Origin: Lama glama
Taxonomy: Eukaryota
Assembly (NCBI GenBank): GCA_028534125.1
Contig: CM052818.1
Location: 41,542,001-41,606,000, forward strand
Reading direction: 5' to 3'
Length of the DNA: 64,000 nt
Shown: piece by piece, positions 1 to 12,050 of the stretch
Layout: each line of letters opens with the position of its first letter
How positions within the stretch are numbered: the first letter of the stretch is position 1
Notes under the pieces: model-generated
What the model was told of the DNA's origin: nothing
What the model saw: only the letters and a program-made list of their open reading frames with translations
Databases searched by the model: none
Translations under genes and position numbers: made by a program

Positions 1-1679
1 TTTCTGTTCATTTTAAGTTGTCTCTCTAAACTTTCTGTTCATTTCAAATTGTCCTTGTTTGCCCCATGACAGGCTTTTTCTCAAGTCAGGAGCTATATTT
101 TATTAACATTTTCTAAGCCACCCAAGAGCTAGTCTTCAATGTTGTGACTTGAGGACCAGTAGTTCTACAATGCTTCTTATACCTTGAAGAAGCTTGTCTC
201 TAGAAAATATCAAAAGTACTTGGAGGAGGCTACAAAGTCATTTTCTTCCAAATTTCAATAGATTTGAAAGGATTTTTTTTCTTCCTTTTGTGTGATATAA
301 ATAATGCAGTCACTAGGGGAGAGGTTATATATGTGAATGCAATTGGAGAGGATGAAAGGGGAGGGGGCCCTAGGCTGAACCAGGGGAGTATTTACTGTCT
401 CTGTAATGCATCATGGGCATTTCCACTCTTACGATGCTGCCTTTATGCACACCGTCTTCCTCACTGTCTATCTGAAGAAGTTCACCTGGGCATTAAGGGC
501 CAGGTCATACTCCACGTCCTCCATGAAGCTTTCCATAACTAACCCACTTAATGCTAATCCTCTCTTTTTGGTTCTAATACATTTAATTTACCTGATGCTA
601 AATATAGGCCACTGCACACTACTTTAAATTATGAGTTTGCTTTGTCCACTCGATGTTTCAGTTCCTGAGGGCAGAAAATGTGTCCTTTAGAGGGGCGAGC
701 TTGACATAAGCCAGTGGCCAATAGAAGCTTCCTGCAAAGGGAAAACTTCAAGGTCCTGAAACCTGAGTCTGCTGAAATGAGACCCTGAGAATTCATTCCT
801 ACAGCTCACAGCCATCCACAGCCACAAATTATCTGCTCCTCTGACTGGTCAATTTATTCCTGGAGGAAATGTTTACCTACCTGTCAGGATATTTTTAACC
901 TCTGTGGATGTAGAGAGCTTGCAGCTTGCTGCTGATCTGCCAGGAGTCCAGCTGAGAAATCAGGCTGTTGTCTTGATCAAAAGTCAGAGTCAGCTGGTTC
1001 TGGCAAGGGCAGGCATGCTAGTTGGAGGAAATTTTGCTCGGTCTGGTACTAGGCTGCTGCTCCGTCAGAATGCTGAGTGTGAGGCAGGGACAGAAGGGCA
1101 AGAGAAGCAGCGTTTCCAATAACTAGAACAATGAGTTCAGTACCTAGGACAGCAACCCTAGGGATGCTGCCCAGGCCATCCACAGCCATGTATCCTGGAA
1201 TACCTAAGCCCTATTATTTGGTTCAGCTTTGTCTCGAGAACTCTGATTATCAAAGACAATATGTTCCTCATAAAATTAAAGTTTCTAGGTAGCTGGAAAA
1301 GCGTTTTTTTTATATTGGGACTTCTGTGTATCACATAATTTGGGCAGAAAGTAGTTTTGGAAAAGACCATGTATTATCTTGGGTTTTCAAATTCACAGTA
1401 TTTTTAGATTCAAGACAAACTCATAAAAATGAATTTTCCTTCTTCTTTAACCTACTCCTCCAGCTGATTATTAAGGCCTAAGAAATACCCTCTCTAAAGA
1501 GCTCTCAAAATCTATCAGATTCACCCCAGGTCATGTTGCTTTATTTACCTCAAGTTTCATCATGTCTTCCTTAGAAAATCATCACTCAGCCTTTACTTCC
1601 TCCCTCCTCTAGTCCATTCTCCATACATCCAACACCCACCTTTCTGTGACTTGTCTCTGAAATATATACTTGGAGATGT

Positions 1680-1925
1680 TACCTGGTGTTCTATGAAAGA
1701 AAAAATCACTTTTCAAGTACTTGTGAAACAAGGTTAAACAGATTATTTTATTTACTTACTCTTTTTCCTACTAGAATTTTTTATTCATTGTAAATCTCCA
1801 CAGGAGGGTAAAGCATATGATATGTAGCAATTCTCAAATGTATTTGTCTGCAGAACTCTTATATTTCCCAGAACATCTATGATTTCTTGTGCACGTTAGC
1901 ATTCTGCATAAACACTGTTTATACA
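1680..1925. mobile_element. Probable hAT-Charlie relic (MER103-like)
   Basis: AT-rich block with gtaaatctcca...gcaattctcaaatgtatttg...cagaactc, lying between L2-like pieces. Heavily decayed. Confidence 0.4.
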
Positions 1926-2049
1926 AACCCAATAGGTTAATTTTCCCATCTCACTCCTCTTCTACCAAATTTGCATCCCATTTCCCCATGCTATAAAAAA
2001 ATGTTCACAGTTTTCTGGCATAACATCTATTTTTTTCATATTTATAACA

Positions 2050-2400
2050 TTGCTAATAATGCTGTTCCTTCTGCCTGAAATTCTGTTTCTCTTCATTTGT
2101 CTTGTGAAATCCTACTCATCTTTGAAGACATTGCTCAAATGGCTCTTCTTCTTTGACTCTTTCCATACTTTACCCAAGCAGAGTTCTTCTATCCTGCATG
2201 CTCTCATGTTCCTATCTCTCTCTCCCTCCTAATATATAGATATTCATCATAATATTTTGCATTTATGTGTTTGTTTATCTCTTTCTCACTGGAAAATTGA
2301 TGCCTTGAAGGCAAAATCTTTATCTAGGGCATCTCTCTATTCCCATCACCTAGTGGAATGTCTGGCCCTCAATATGTGCTCAGGGCATATTTAAATGAAT
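2050..2400 (+). mobile_element. L2 3' end
   Basis: tgctgttccttctgcctgaaa...aaatcctactcatctttgaagac...ccttgaaggcaaa...cccatcacctag...tgctca...aaatgaat. Confidence 0.75.
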
Positions 2401-2846
2401 TCTTTCATCTTACCAAAGGCTAAAGTCCGGACAATGCCAAGACTCAAAGCATGGTGGTCTCCTATGCTTTGCACACATGCAGCTCTGCCTGATGGTTTCC
2501 TAGTTGGGATTTTACTTTGCCAAGAACTCTGGTCCAGGGCCACCATGTATGGTTTGAGATAGGTGCATGGCAATGACGGATGTACTCTGGTCCTTGTTTT
2601 CTCTCCAAGCCCATGATCCTGGTACGGGCTGTGCCAGCCTGGAAGAAGGAGCATTTCCCATATCATCACAGTAGTAAGTGTGAGCCCTGACAGCCATGCT
2701 TGTTCATCAACTCTATACAATTCTTTTGATTTTTTTGGTAGTTTGCATTTTCATTGAAAACAATACATTTTATCCACATTTTTAAATATTTGGCAAAACC
2801 TTTTACAAATTATTCATTATTTCATAATTTTCTCTTTAGCCATGGT

Positions 2847-2893
2847 TATAGCTCCTTTTTATATAGCTTATATAGCTCCTTTTTATATAGCTT
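2847..2893. repeat. 24-bp-period tandem duplication
   Basis: tatagctcctttttatatagctt at 2847-2869 and 2871-2893. Confidence 0.95.
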
Positions 2894-3064
2894 CCCTTTA
2901 CCTGTGGTTAAGGAAGTACTCCTTCCTTAACATTAACATTTTTGAATTTATGTTTCTTTTTTTTTACCTTGGTTAGACAAATACATGATTTATCTGTCCG
3001 TGTGTGTGTACACATGTTTGTACACGTGTGTGCATGTGCGTGTTGTAAGACACAGTTGTTGAAT

Positions 3065-3265
3065 AGCAGTTCATGGTTTAAGAGAGAGAGGGACACTTGA
3101 AGTCCAGATAGCAAACTAGGTTTTCATTCAGTCACATGACTTTCTAAGTGTGTGATCTTGGGTGACTTGATCTGTGCCTCAATTTTATCACCTGTGAAAT
3201 TATGTCAATTATAAAAAAGGGGCAATGGTCCTTGCACATAGCAACCAATCTGTAATTGTCAATTA
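3065..3265 (+). mobile_element. MIR SINE
   Basis: tgtgtgatcttgggtgactt...ctgtgcctcaattttatcacctgtgaaat core. Confidence 0.65.
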
Positions 3266-3674
3266 TATTTATTGCCTATAGAAGTACTTTTTATCTTCAT
3301 CATTTCCCACTTTCTTAGTAAACATCCTCATTTTATTTACTAACTTTCTTATTTCTTATTTTTATAATGTCTTATGTGGACTACTGAGTGCTTTTTTTTC
3401 CCTCTATTGATGGAAAAACTTTCAGGAAATGAATTTTTCTATGATAAAGCATTTAGCTTCCCTCATTATCTTTTTTACTAGATTATCTTACGCTCTGAGT
3501 ATAATTTTTCATCCATTTATGCATAATTTAGGAGTGATTTTAAATATCTAAAGAGTTGAGGATTTTATGAGTTTTTCACTCTATTTTTTTGTCATTAACA
3601 TTAGTATTACTGTATCATCATCAGGATGTCTTGCTACCATTTTGGAACTCACCAAGGTTTTCTTTGGAACCTAA

Positions 3675-4135
3675 TATCTTAGTTTGAATCCACTCCTAAA
3701 AGCAGAACCTACAACTAGGACTTAAGGACAGGTAATTTATTTGGATGAACCCAGGGAACAGGGACAGGGGAGCAGACAGGAAGAGACAGGGCAGGAGGAG
3801 GACCTAATAACAGATGCCCTGTTGAGCAAGGTACTTCTGTGGACAAGTAGGGCCCAGTCCTGAAAACTCTCTAAGAAATTGTGTAGAAACTCCTAGTTAC
3901 CATCTCCTTGAAGTACGGGATGCCGGAGTCCATGTACAGTTTGCTAGCCCCCAGGGCTGCACCTGTGCATGGGCTGAGCAAGCTTCCTTGACTTCAGAGA
4001 AAGCCAGGAAAAGGAAAAAAGGAAAGAGATAGTCTAACCCTTGCAGGCCACTGGCAACACACATGGGGACTGCCCACAGCAGCTGCCGCTGGCATCATGG
4101 ACAGGCAGGTCCAGGGAGTCTTGTGTGGGACCCCA
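3675..4135. mobile_element. ERVL solo LTR (LTR33/LTR16-like)
   Basis: tcttagtttg...aaagcagaacc...aggacttaagg...ggtaatttatttgg...cccaggga...gagacaggg motif order typical of this LTR group. Confidence 0.6.
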
Positions 4136-5299
4136 TCTTGTATGTTAACACATAAAACCATCTCCACTTGTAAAATGTGCCAATGAGAAGGATTTATTTT
4201 TAAAGGCTCTTTGGGGTATAATTTCCAGTCTTTGCTTTTAAATTTATACCAAGGAGTAGCTCAGTTCTTCATAAGGCAGACAACTCTATTCAGGGATATT
4301 TGAGAGCGATTGCCATTTCAAAAGAAACGGAGGTGCAGAGGTATTGAGCCTTCTCATTTATCAAACGGTAAGTAATTGCTCATATTTACTTGACCAACAG
4401 TTTCTTCACGTCAAACTGGAATTTGAAGAGTAAATAATTCTCTCATACCAATTAAGAAGAGATAGAAAAGATGCAATCTGAAATATTAGCATTAATAATT
4501 TACTGGAAATATGTTTTTCCTATTATTACAAATAGTAACACAGATTTTATAGAGTAACTTCTTATCTAGATAGAAATAATAACCCGGTAAGAATTTATAT
4601 TTGTAATATTATATGAGGTAAGGAGAAAACTTGAGTGCCTCTCCTTAATTAAGAGACTTGTAATTTTTTTCCTTTGGTTTCAATATAGCTTGTTATTATA
4701 TACTCTATACGATTTGGAAAACTCATCCCCAAAGGATTTTGGATTGTCCCATGATAAAGTCAGCATAAAATTAACTGTGGCAAGCAAAGAACATACATTT
4801 ATAAAAACAGAAAGGGGGGGCTAAGTTGAGTACATAAAGAACATCTAAAAATATTTAGGACAGATGATGGATTAACACTGCTACTGGTAATTGGGGATCT
4901 TATGTAACGTAAGATGTTACAGATGGTAGAAATTATAGATATGAAAGATCTCACTTTGACAGACTTTGCCAGTGTTTTTAATAAAAGTCCCATTCTAGCC
5001 TTAGACAGAGTTGGGTTGTTTGAGAAGCAACCATGCATGGCATGTTGACTTAAATTACCTGTTGTTAACTCATTTTGTAACCTCAAGATAGAGAGACTGG
5101 ACCTGTGCAATTATAGTTTCCCATGTATGATTTTTTCAAACTGTTGTCAAATTAGCATCTCTGAATTTTTCTGGTGATAAGTGAAGCCCATTGACCCAGG
5201 GATAAAGGGGAGGAAGTTCTCAGTGAAAACATCCTTCATTTCTTGCCCACAACTCAGTTACTGTTTTTTTTTTAATTTCTCACTTATGGAATTAAAGAG

Positions 5300-5795
5300 T
5301 ATAAGACCATGTGCTAATTGCCAAGGACATGGTTATGAGAGTTGGAAGGTTCACATTCTAGCGGGGGGACATAAATATGATTCAACCTGATAATTATGAT
5401 AATAGAGATAAACACAAAGTCACATAATAGAAAGAATGTGGGAAACCTAGCCTAGCCTGGTTGGGTTGGGGAAGCAGAGGAGTCAAGGAGGTCATCCCGG
5501 CGAAGACAGCTGAGCTTTGAAGACCAGAGGAAGACATCCAGAGGGGCAAGAAGGAGAGGGTAACTGTTTGAGACAGAAGTAGCATCATTTGCGAAGGCAA
5601 GGGGCCATAACACCATCAGGGGCTTTATATGAATGGAGCACATGAGTTTTGTTTTTTTTTTTTCCCTGGAAGTGAGAGATAAAAGATGGGAATGCAATGA
5701 GAGGTGAGGCCAGACAGGAAATTGAGAGGCTATGAGGGTGATGGAAAGATATGGAAATACTTCAAACTGAGATCACTCTGACTGCTGTGTGGGAG
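5300..5795 (-). mobile_element. L2 fragment
   Basis: caaggaggtcatcccggcgaagacagctgagctttga...gagatcactctgactgctgtgtggga. Confidence 0.65.
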
Positions 5796-7309
5796 ACAGA
5801 CACCCAGTCCTCCTCATTCTTTCACCCCATGTTCAACCTAACACAGTCATTGGCATCTACACTGAAGCAATTCATCCAAAGATGTCAGGTAATACCTATA
5901 ATGCTGCCATTAAAGCAATATCCTTGTAGATGACTTTTTTATCCTTAATCAAATGCCAAGTGCTTTCGGCCCCAAGTGTTTCTTCCTCTGAATGTGCCAC
6001 GGTTGAGCGCTGGCACTGGTGATCATCTGTGCATGCAGAAATGTTTACTGAGTTCCCTCCATTGTCCTGGGTTCTTCCAGCTCTGACACTTGATAGTGTG
6101 TGTGTTACAGTAACTACAGTGAGGGCATCAAATGAATGAATGAACAGAACAAAGACAGAATGTTATCCTTTTGAACCATTTTTATTTTCAGGGTTTCATT
6201 TGTAAACTACGGAGCATACCATATTTATTTAACTTAATCTATCAGGATGACACTTCATTACATTAAGAAATTCTAATTAACTAATGAAGATTTCATCGTC
6301 TACTCTTTTTATGTTCGTGTTAGGGCAGGCCATTTTGATGACAACTTTTATAGCTGTAATTAAATATTTCTAATAGATTTAGTTAAAATTTGCAAATAAT
6401 CAGGCATATTTCACCTTTATCTTATTATTCATGGCATATCCAATTTAGCTCTGTAGCAGTCACCCAGCTTTCCATGTCTTCTCTTATTTCTTTTTACAAG
6501 TCTGTGCTTTACTTAAGAAAAAAGCTGGAGGTACTGATAGATCAGGGTTGTAATATCCATAAAATTTAGCGATGGATCCATGAACAAAGAAAGCCCTCCT
6601 TTCCCCGTTGTGGTTTGTGTAGTAAGGCAACCCCAAGTGACCGCCACACATCTGTATCTCACAAGTTAATCAGCATAAATCCAGAGAGCGACAGCTTGGC
6701 ATGTGTCCCTGGGTTCTACACCATTCCGAAATGCTGCTTCATGGCCTCCCTAGGGCTATTCTGCTGACGTCTGCACACCGCAGGGGAGAGGGGCTTATAT
6801 CCCCAAAGGAACACTGGCCAATTAACTACTTGACGTTGATTTTTAATCCATTCTTTATACTCAACTAAAACATCTTGTTTTTACCTTATATTCATTTGAC
6901 TCTGGATCTGCTTTTTGGATCTTCATTCATGTATTCAAACGTGTATTTACTGTCCTTTACATTCCTTTGGAAGGAATGGAACGGATATAAACTGTAGCCA
7001 AACAAAGCGAGTTTTCCCCCTGTCAGAGGTCCGAGGACACTGACTACGCCCTTCCTGCGTTCCTCTTCTTTCCCCCGTTTCTCAGCTCTCCTTCATGCGT
7101 GGCCTGTTGCCCAGCTCCATAACCTCCTTGGTCTTTTCCCTTCAGTTTATGATGGTGGCCCACCTACCAGAGAAGGCTGAATCTCTGCCTGTTTTCTGCA
7201 GTCTCCATCACCACTTGCTTCCATCAGAAACTTCCTATACAACTAAAGATGTAAATCAGATCATCCAAGGCAAGAACGGAAGGAAGGTCAGCTAGACTTT
7301 TCGGCCCCA

Positions 7310-7326
7310 ACTTCCTGCTGAGTCAC
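7310..7326 (-). promoter_or_regulatory. Composite ARE/NF-E2 plus ETS motif
   Basis: Minus strand reads GTGACTCAGCA overlapping CAGGAAGT. Motif match only. Confidence 0.35.
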
Positions 7327-9493
7327 TCTCCCATGAAGCTTCTTCAACCATCTGGGACTGGAGAGCAGCTTAGCTTCCAGAGGGAGGCTCTGGCATCAGA
7401 CGGCAACAGATCTGAACACACCCCTATCTGGAGACAGATACAACACAGATCCACCTCTTTGGGTTACAGGCATCTAGCTCCTTTAGTGACATTTTTGACC
7501 AACCTACCACTATAAATGCTCAGAAGGCTAAGGTGAGGTAATGCTATGAACGTCAGTGCCCAAAAGGCAGAACGAAGAAAGCCCACTGGTTTTTCCCTCC
7601 ACGCTGACCGTACGTGGGTGGCCTCTTCTGAGAGGACTAATGTGCCTTGTCAAAACATATTACTGTGATTGTCCGCCACCGGGATGAGTGCTGACCAAAC
7701 TTCTGGGGGTAGGAACAGAATCTCTCCCGAAAAGTGCAGACTGTTCTCATCCAGCCACCCCAAGAAAGAGGTCTATGCCTCAGACAAGAATTTAGGATCA
7801 ACGAGGAGGTTAACTTGCAGCCGGGGTGATTCCTACTCTTTGGAGCCTGCATGCTCTTGGACCAGACATTGATGATGGTCAATGTCCAGGTGTGTGGGCT
7901 CCTGAGAGTAAAGGGCAAAATTCATGCCTGCCACATGTTGGCATCTGGACAGGAGGTACAGCAGCCCTGGGCACAGGCTGAGGATGCTGAGGTCATAGGG
8001 TGTAATTTACACTTTGGGAATCAATGCCCTGTTGGGTTTTAGAGGGGCCCTAAGTATCCGTGGGACATTTGTCAGGCTCCACAGATCTCATGATCCCTGA
8101 TCTGTGGCCATGCTTTCCTTCTTGATCTGAAAGCCTGCCTCTCCCTCTCACTTACCACGCCTGTCTTGCCCTCTTCAAACTTTGGTATCCCTCCAGTTCT
8201 AACAAAAGCCCTTTCCTTCCTTCCAAGAAACTGCTTCTCTCTCCTACAGCCCGTGAGGGTTTCTTTCCCCTGAGCACCGCAGCTCTGACTGTTTCTGCTG
8301 CTTGTTTTCCTTCTCTTCCAAGGTGGCTGCCATCCTGATAAATTGGTTTTGATTCGCTTTCACATAGATCTAGGTGATTTTCTCCCCAGCAGAGTTGTGG
8401 TCTTTTGGAGGGTAGAGATGAGACCAGAAGTTTTCTGCTTCTCTTCACCGTACAAACCCCACCTCTCCTGCCCACTCACAGTTCCCACATAAGCTATTAG
8501 AGCCACCTCGGGATGCTTGAGCTAACACGCTCTCTGGCATGTCTAGTCACACCAGTGGATTCGGTCCACACATGGTTATCGCCTACCCTCCTTGGATGAA
8601 CACCAGTAAGATCCATTCCCACTCACATTCCCCAGGTTTCCTCCAATGTATTAATGACCACAACTCCCATTCTCCTTGGTGTTAGCTATTTCCACTTGAG
8701 CCTTAATATGTGCTCATTTCTGGAGCAGGAATGGATGTGACTCTAACCATGGCAAGAGGGAAAGTATTTAAAGAGACTGATCTTCCACTATTAAGGCATC
8801 TACCCCAGGTAAAGTGGTAATAAGGTTTTCAGGTACAGGAAGGTGAGTCTTACTTCAGGGTGCAGGGAGAACAAGATAATCTCAGTGACAAGGGAAATGC
8901 AGAGTGACTTGAAGGCTCAAGATTGTCAGTTTTGTCTGGGGCCAACCCTATGTTCTCATTCCTGGTTTTAGTATCCCAATCTTTCCCAATAAATGTCCTA
9001 ACCTTTCCGTGGGAAACTTGGCAAGACTGAATTCATCTCTTATTGTAATTCAGCAACTCACACAATACATTTTTTTTTAATTTTTCACAATATCAGCCCT
9101 GCAGCTATAAGAAATAGGAATATATTTTAAGCCCGTCTTGGAAGCTCTCTGCTCCTCAATCTGTGACTTGAGCTGATAGTTAAAGGGCTAGAGTTTGTCG
9201 TTTCCTTTCTGTGGTTGCTCAAGTGCATGCAGAAGAATCCTCCCACACCACGGTCCCTCTTGTCATCATCGCTGCCACAACCCATGGGCTCCCAAGGCAT
9301 GTCCTCAGTTGGCACTTTATCACGTTCAGAGGGCAGCCTGACTAATGGTGATGCCAGTGCGTGCCATGGATTGCTGGCTTCTCACTTCCTATTGGCAGAA
9401 AACAGCGCTACACAGAAATTCAGAGGCACAACCAAACCAACCCCGAAACCCCAACCTGGTGTGTCTATCTCCTGAGACCCTTCCCAGCAACAA

Positions 9494-10282
9494 TGCGGTC
9501 TCAGTCAGGGTCGAATCAGGAGACAGAAAGCATGTAGTTATTTAGACAGAGAAAATCTAATGGATGGAATTATGAACTATAACAGTTACAGTTAATCTAT
9601 AAAGCAGTAAAGAGTAAAGTCATTCCCTAGGGTTGATGGAGAGCATCTAAGGAAGAAATAAACTTGGAAGGCAGGGGGCCCTCTCCAAGGATGGGATTCA
9701 CCTCATTGGAGAAGGTCCCCTTTGTACTCTGCTGGGTGGCAAGGAAGTTCATTGGGTTGCCCCAAGTCAGAGCTGGTGCACAGACACGAGGCTGTGGCTG
9801 GTGGGCAGGAAACTGCAGTTGGAGGCGGCCAGCAGGAAATACCCTGTCTAGGTACAGGTAGGTCAAGACAGATGGGCAGGGACCTACGGTTAAGACTGAC
9901 AAGCTGGAAACCTACCATGGTGCCAGCAAGGCTGGAAGACTGACCACCAGAATGCTTTGGGGCTCACTGGGAATCTGCCCACAAAGGTGCTCGTGAAAAT
10001 TAAAGGGAAGTTGTTCACAGAGATGCCACCAAAAGGTGTTTAGGGTAAGCACCAGTGAATGTCTGAAATGTGACGCTGGCAGCAGAATGCGAAGAGGAAG
10101 AAGCAGCACCCCAGAATCAGTAGTCCCTTCCTCTTGATGTGTCTCTTCAGCGCCCTCTACTGAGAGAACTAAGCATTGTATGAACTGGCAAAGAGGAAAT
10201 ACTTCCAGGGTCCTCCATTGCTGCAGAGGAAACAATGAAAGGTGGCTGAGAGCTAAGGGGCAATAAATTGACATTTGGTCCA
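9494..10282 (-). mobile_element. ERVL solo LTR (LTR41-like)
   Basis: Minus strand begins tggaccaaatgtcaatttattgcccc...tttgccagtt...cagtagagggcgctg, matching the recalled LTR41 5' end. Both ends are homologous to the element at 42.3-43.0 kb. Confidence 0.72.
10148..10164 (-). promoter_or_regulatory. CTCF-like motif inside the LTR41-like element
   Basis: Minus strand CTCAGTAGAGGGCGCTG versus consensus CCASYAGRKGGCRS (one mismatch). Confidence 0.45.
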
Positions 10283-10299
10283 ATTGCATCAACTATTAT

Positions 10300-10490
10300 G
10301 ATAATAATTAACATTTTATAGTCTTCACATTTTGTTAAATCACCTTTATATTTATTACCTTATTGCATCTTTCCAATTATTAAATTCACCTAAAGGATAA
10401 GGAATTTGAGGCTCAGAGACATCTTATCCAGAATCCCACAGCTGGTAAACACCAGAGTTGGATTTCAAATGAGATTTGGATGCAGCGTGA
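10300..10490 (-). mobile_element. MIR SINE
   Basis: gataaggaatttgaggctcagaga...cacagctggtaaa...ggatttcaaa. Confidence 0.7.
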
Positions 10491-10686
10491 ATTCTTCGTA
10501 CAGAACTTACTGCCTTCCTGGGGGTGCGGAGGGCAGGGGGAGCTGGAAGGAAGAATCCATCGGTAATTTCAGTAGATTCATATTTATCCAACACCCACTA
10601 CCTGCCAGGCACTGAGTCAGGTACTGGATATGCAGAGGAGATAAAACAGACATGGTCTCTGCTCTAATGGAACTCATAGTCTAGAA

Positions 10687-10883
10687 CAAGGATGGCAAAC
10701 TTCATCTTAAAAGACAAATATAAATAATAATATTTCAGGTTTTGCAGGGTGAAGAAGCAAAATCAAAGATACTATGTAGGTGCTTACATGGTCATTCACA
10801 GTATAAAAATAATTTTTAACCCATTGGCCAGGTGGGTTGCAATAGAAAGTTTATTATAGTAATAGATAATTTGTAGATCCCTG
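10687..10883. mobile_element. MER58-like hAT-Charlie MITE nested in L2
   Basis: Ends caaggatggcaaac...tttgtagatccctg (degenerate TIRs). 8-bp TSD gtctagaa (10679-10686) / gtctagat (10884-10891), fitting the hAT-Charlie target preference NTCTAGAN. Confidence 0.82.
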
Positions 10884-11160
10884 GTCTAGATAAAGAGATA
10901 CATTTTTTTAATGTATGTACAAATGCAAAGTGTAAAAAGGGCACAAAGGAAAAGAAATGGTTCTATGAGAGAAGTAAGGAGAGGTCGAGGGAGGTTAATG
11001 AAGACTGAGGGTCAAGGAAGTCGTGTCTGAGGAAGGGTTATTTGGACCAGGATGGGAAGGGTGAGTTGTTAGCTGAGCAAAGAGTGGAGTGTGGAACATT
11101 CTGCGCAGAGGCAACAACCCACAGAAGGGCAAGAACTTGATGCATTCAAGAAGCGGTCAA

Positions 11161-11217
11161 ATACACACGCACGCACACATGCACACACACGCACACGCAC
11201 GCGCACGCACACACACA
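11161..11217. repeat. Mixed (CA)/(CG) microsatellite with unbroken purine-pyrimidine alternation
   Basis: atacacacgcacgcacacatgcac...gcgcacgcacacacaca. Confidence 0.9.
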
Positions 11218-11809
11218 GGAGTGGAGCTGGAGCCCAGAGGGCAAAAGGGAAAGGAACATGGAGATTGACGAGGAAGCTGGGGGCCAGGTGATCAGGTCAT
11301 CTGACCATCCAGGCGCTTGTGAAGAGGCAAGCCAGGAGGGAGTCAGGCCTGGGAGCAATCAGAAGTGGAAGAGCGGGAGGAAGAGGGGAGGGGAGCAAAC
11401 GCAAGGGCAGAGCCCGATTCAGGATTCAGCAACCACGGGGCCCCTCCTCTCAGACCCCCAGTGGCCGTGAAATGCCGTTATGCGTGTCAGCCTTCAGGAA
11501 AAGCCCGCCTCTCGAACCCCCAACCCTCACCGGCACACATTCCTTTCAGGTCTGTACTTTGATGCATTCAAAGAGAATTCAAACCATCTTTCCACTTCAT
11601 AATTGAATCTGTTGCTCCAGGCCTGATCGAAAGGGCAGGAAAGCAGCCTGACCATCTCCCCCTCCAGAAGCTGGGGCCATTCGGGGTCCTGGAAAAAGAC
11701 ACGGGAGCAGGAGTCAGGAGACCTGGGCTCTGTCTAATCAGCCCGGATCTCACCTTTTACCTTTACATCTGGGTTCTGATTTAATTGGTCACAGAGACCC
11801 GGTCCTGTC

Positions 11810-12050
11810 ATAGTTAAGAGCATGGGTTTTGTCATCTGGAACTCTAGGTTCGAATCAAGCCTCTCTCATGCTCCATCGACATAACCTTGGTCATGTAACT
11901 GAGCTTCTTTGAGCCTCACTGAGCTCCCTCATCCTCAGGCTGGGCATCGTGCTGGAATCTAACTGATGAGATTGCATGATTGGCAAGTGGGTTGTGTGAG
12001 GGCTTCCAACGGTGCAGAGCACGTAGGAAGCACGCAGTGTGTATTTGCTG
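11810..12050 (+). mobile_element. MIR SINE
   Basis: gttaagagcatgggttt...ggttcgaatc...accttggtcatgtaact...tgagcctca. Confidence 0.72.

Larger units (their letters stand above)
10570..11330 (-). mobile_element. L2 3' region, interrupted by the MER58-like element and a CA/CG microsatellite
   Basis: ttcatatttatccaacacccactacctgccaggcactg...acagacatggtctctgctctaatggaactcatagtctag, resuming after the insertion. Confidence 0.8.

Noticed and set aside
7637..7918. SANT-, JmjC- or FAM83-like resemblance in short peptide stretches
   Set aside because: Only a few matching residues in different frames; not enough to name a pseudogene without a search.
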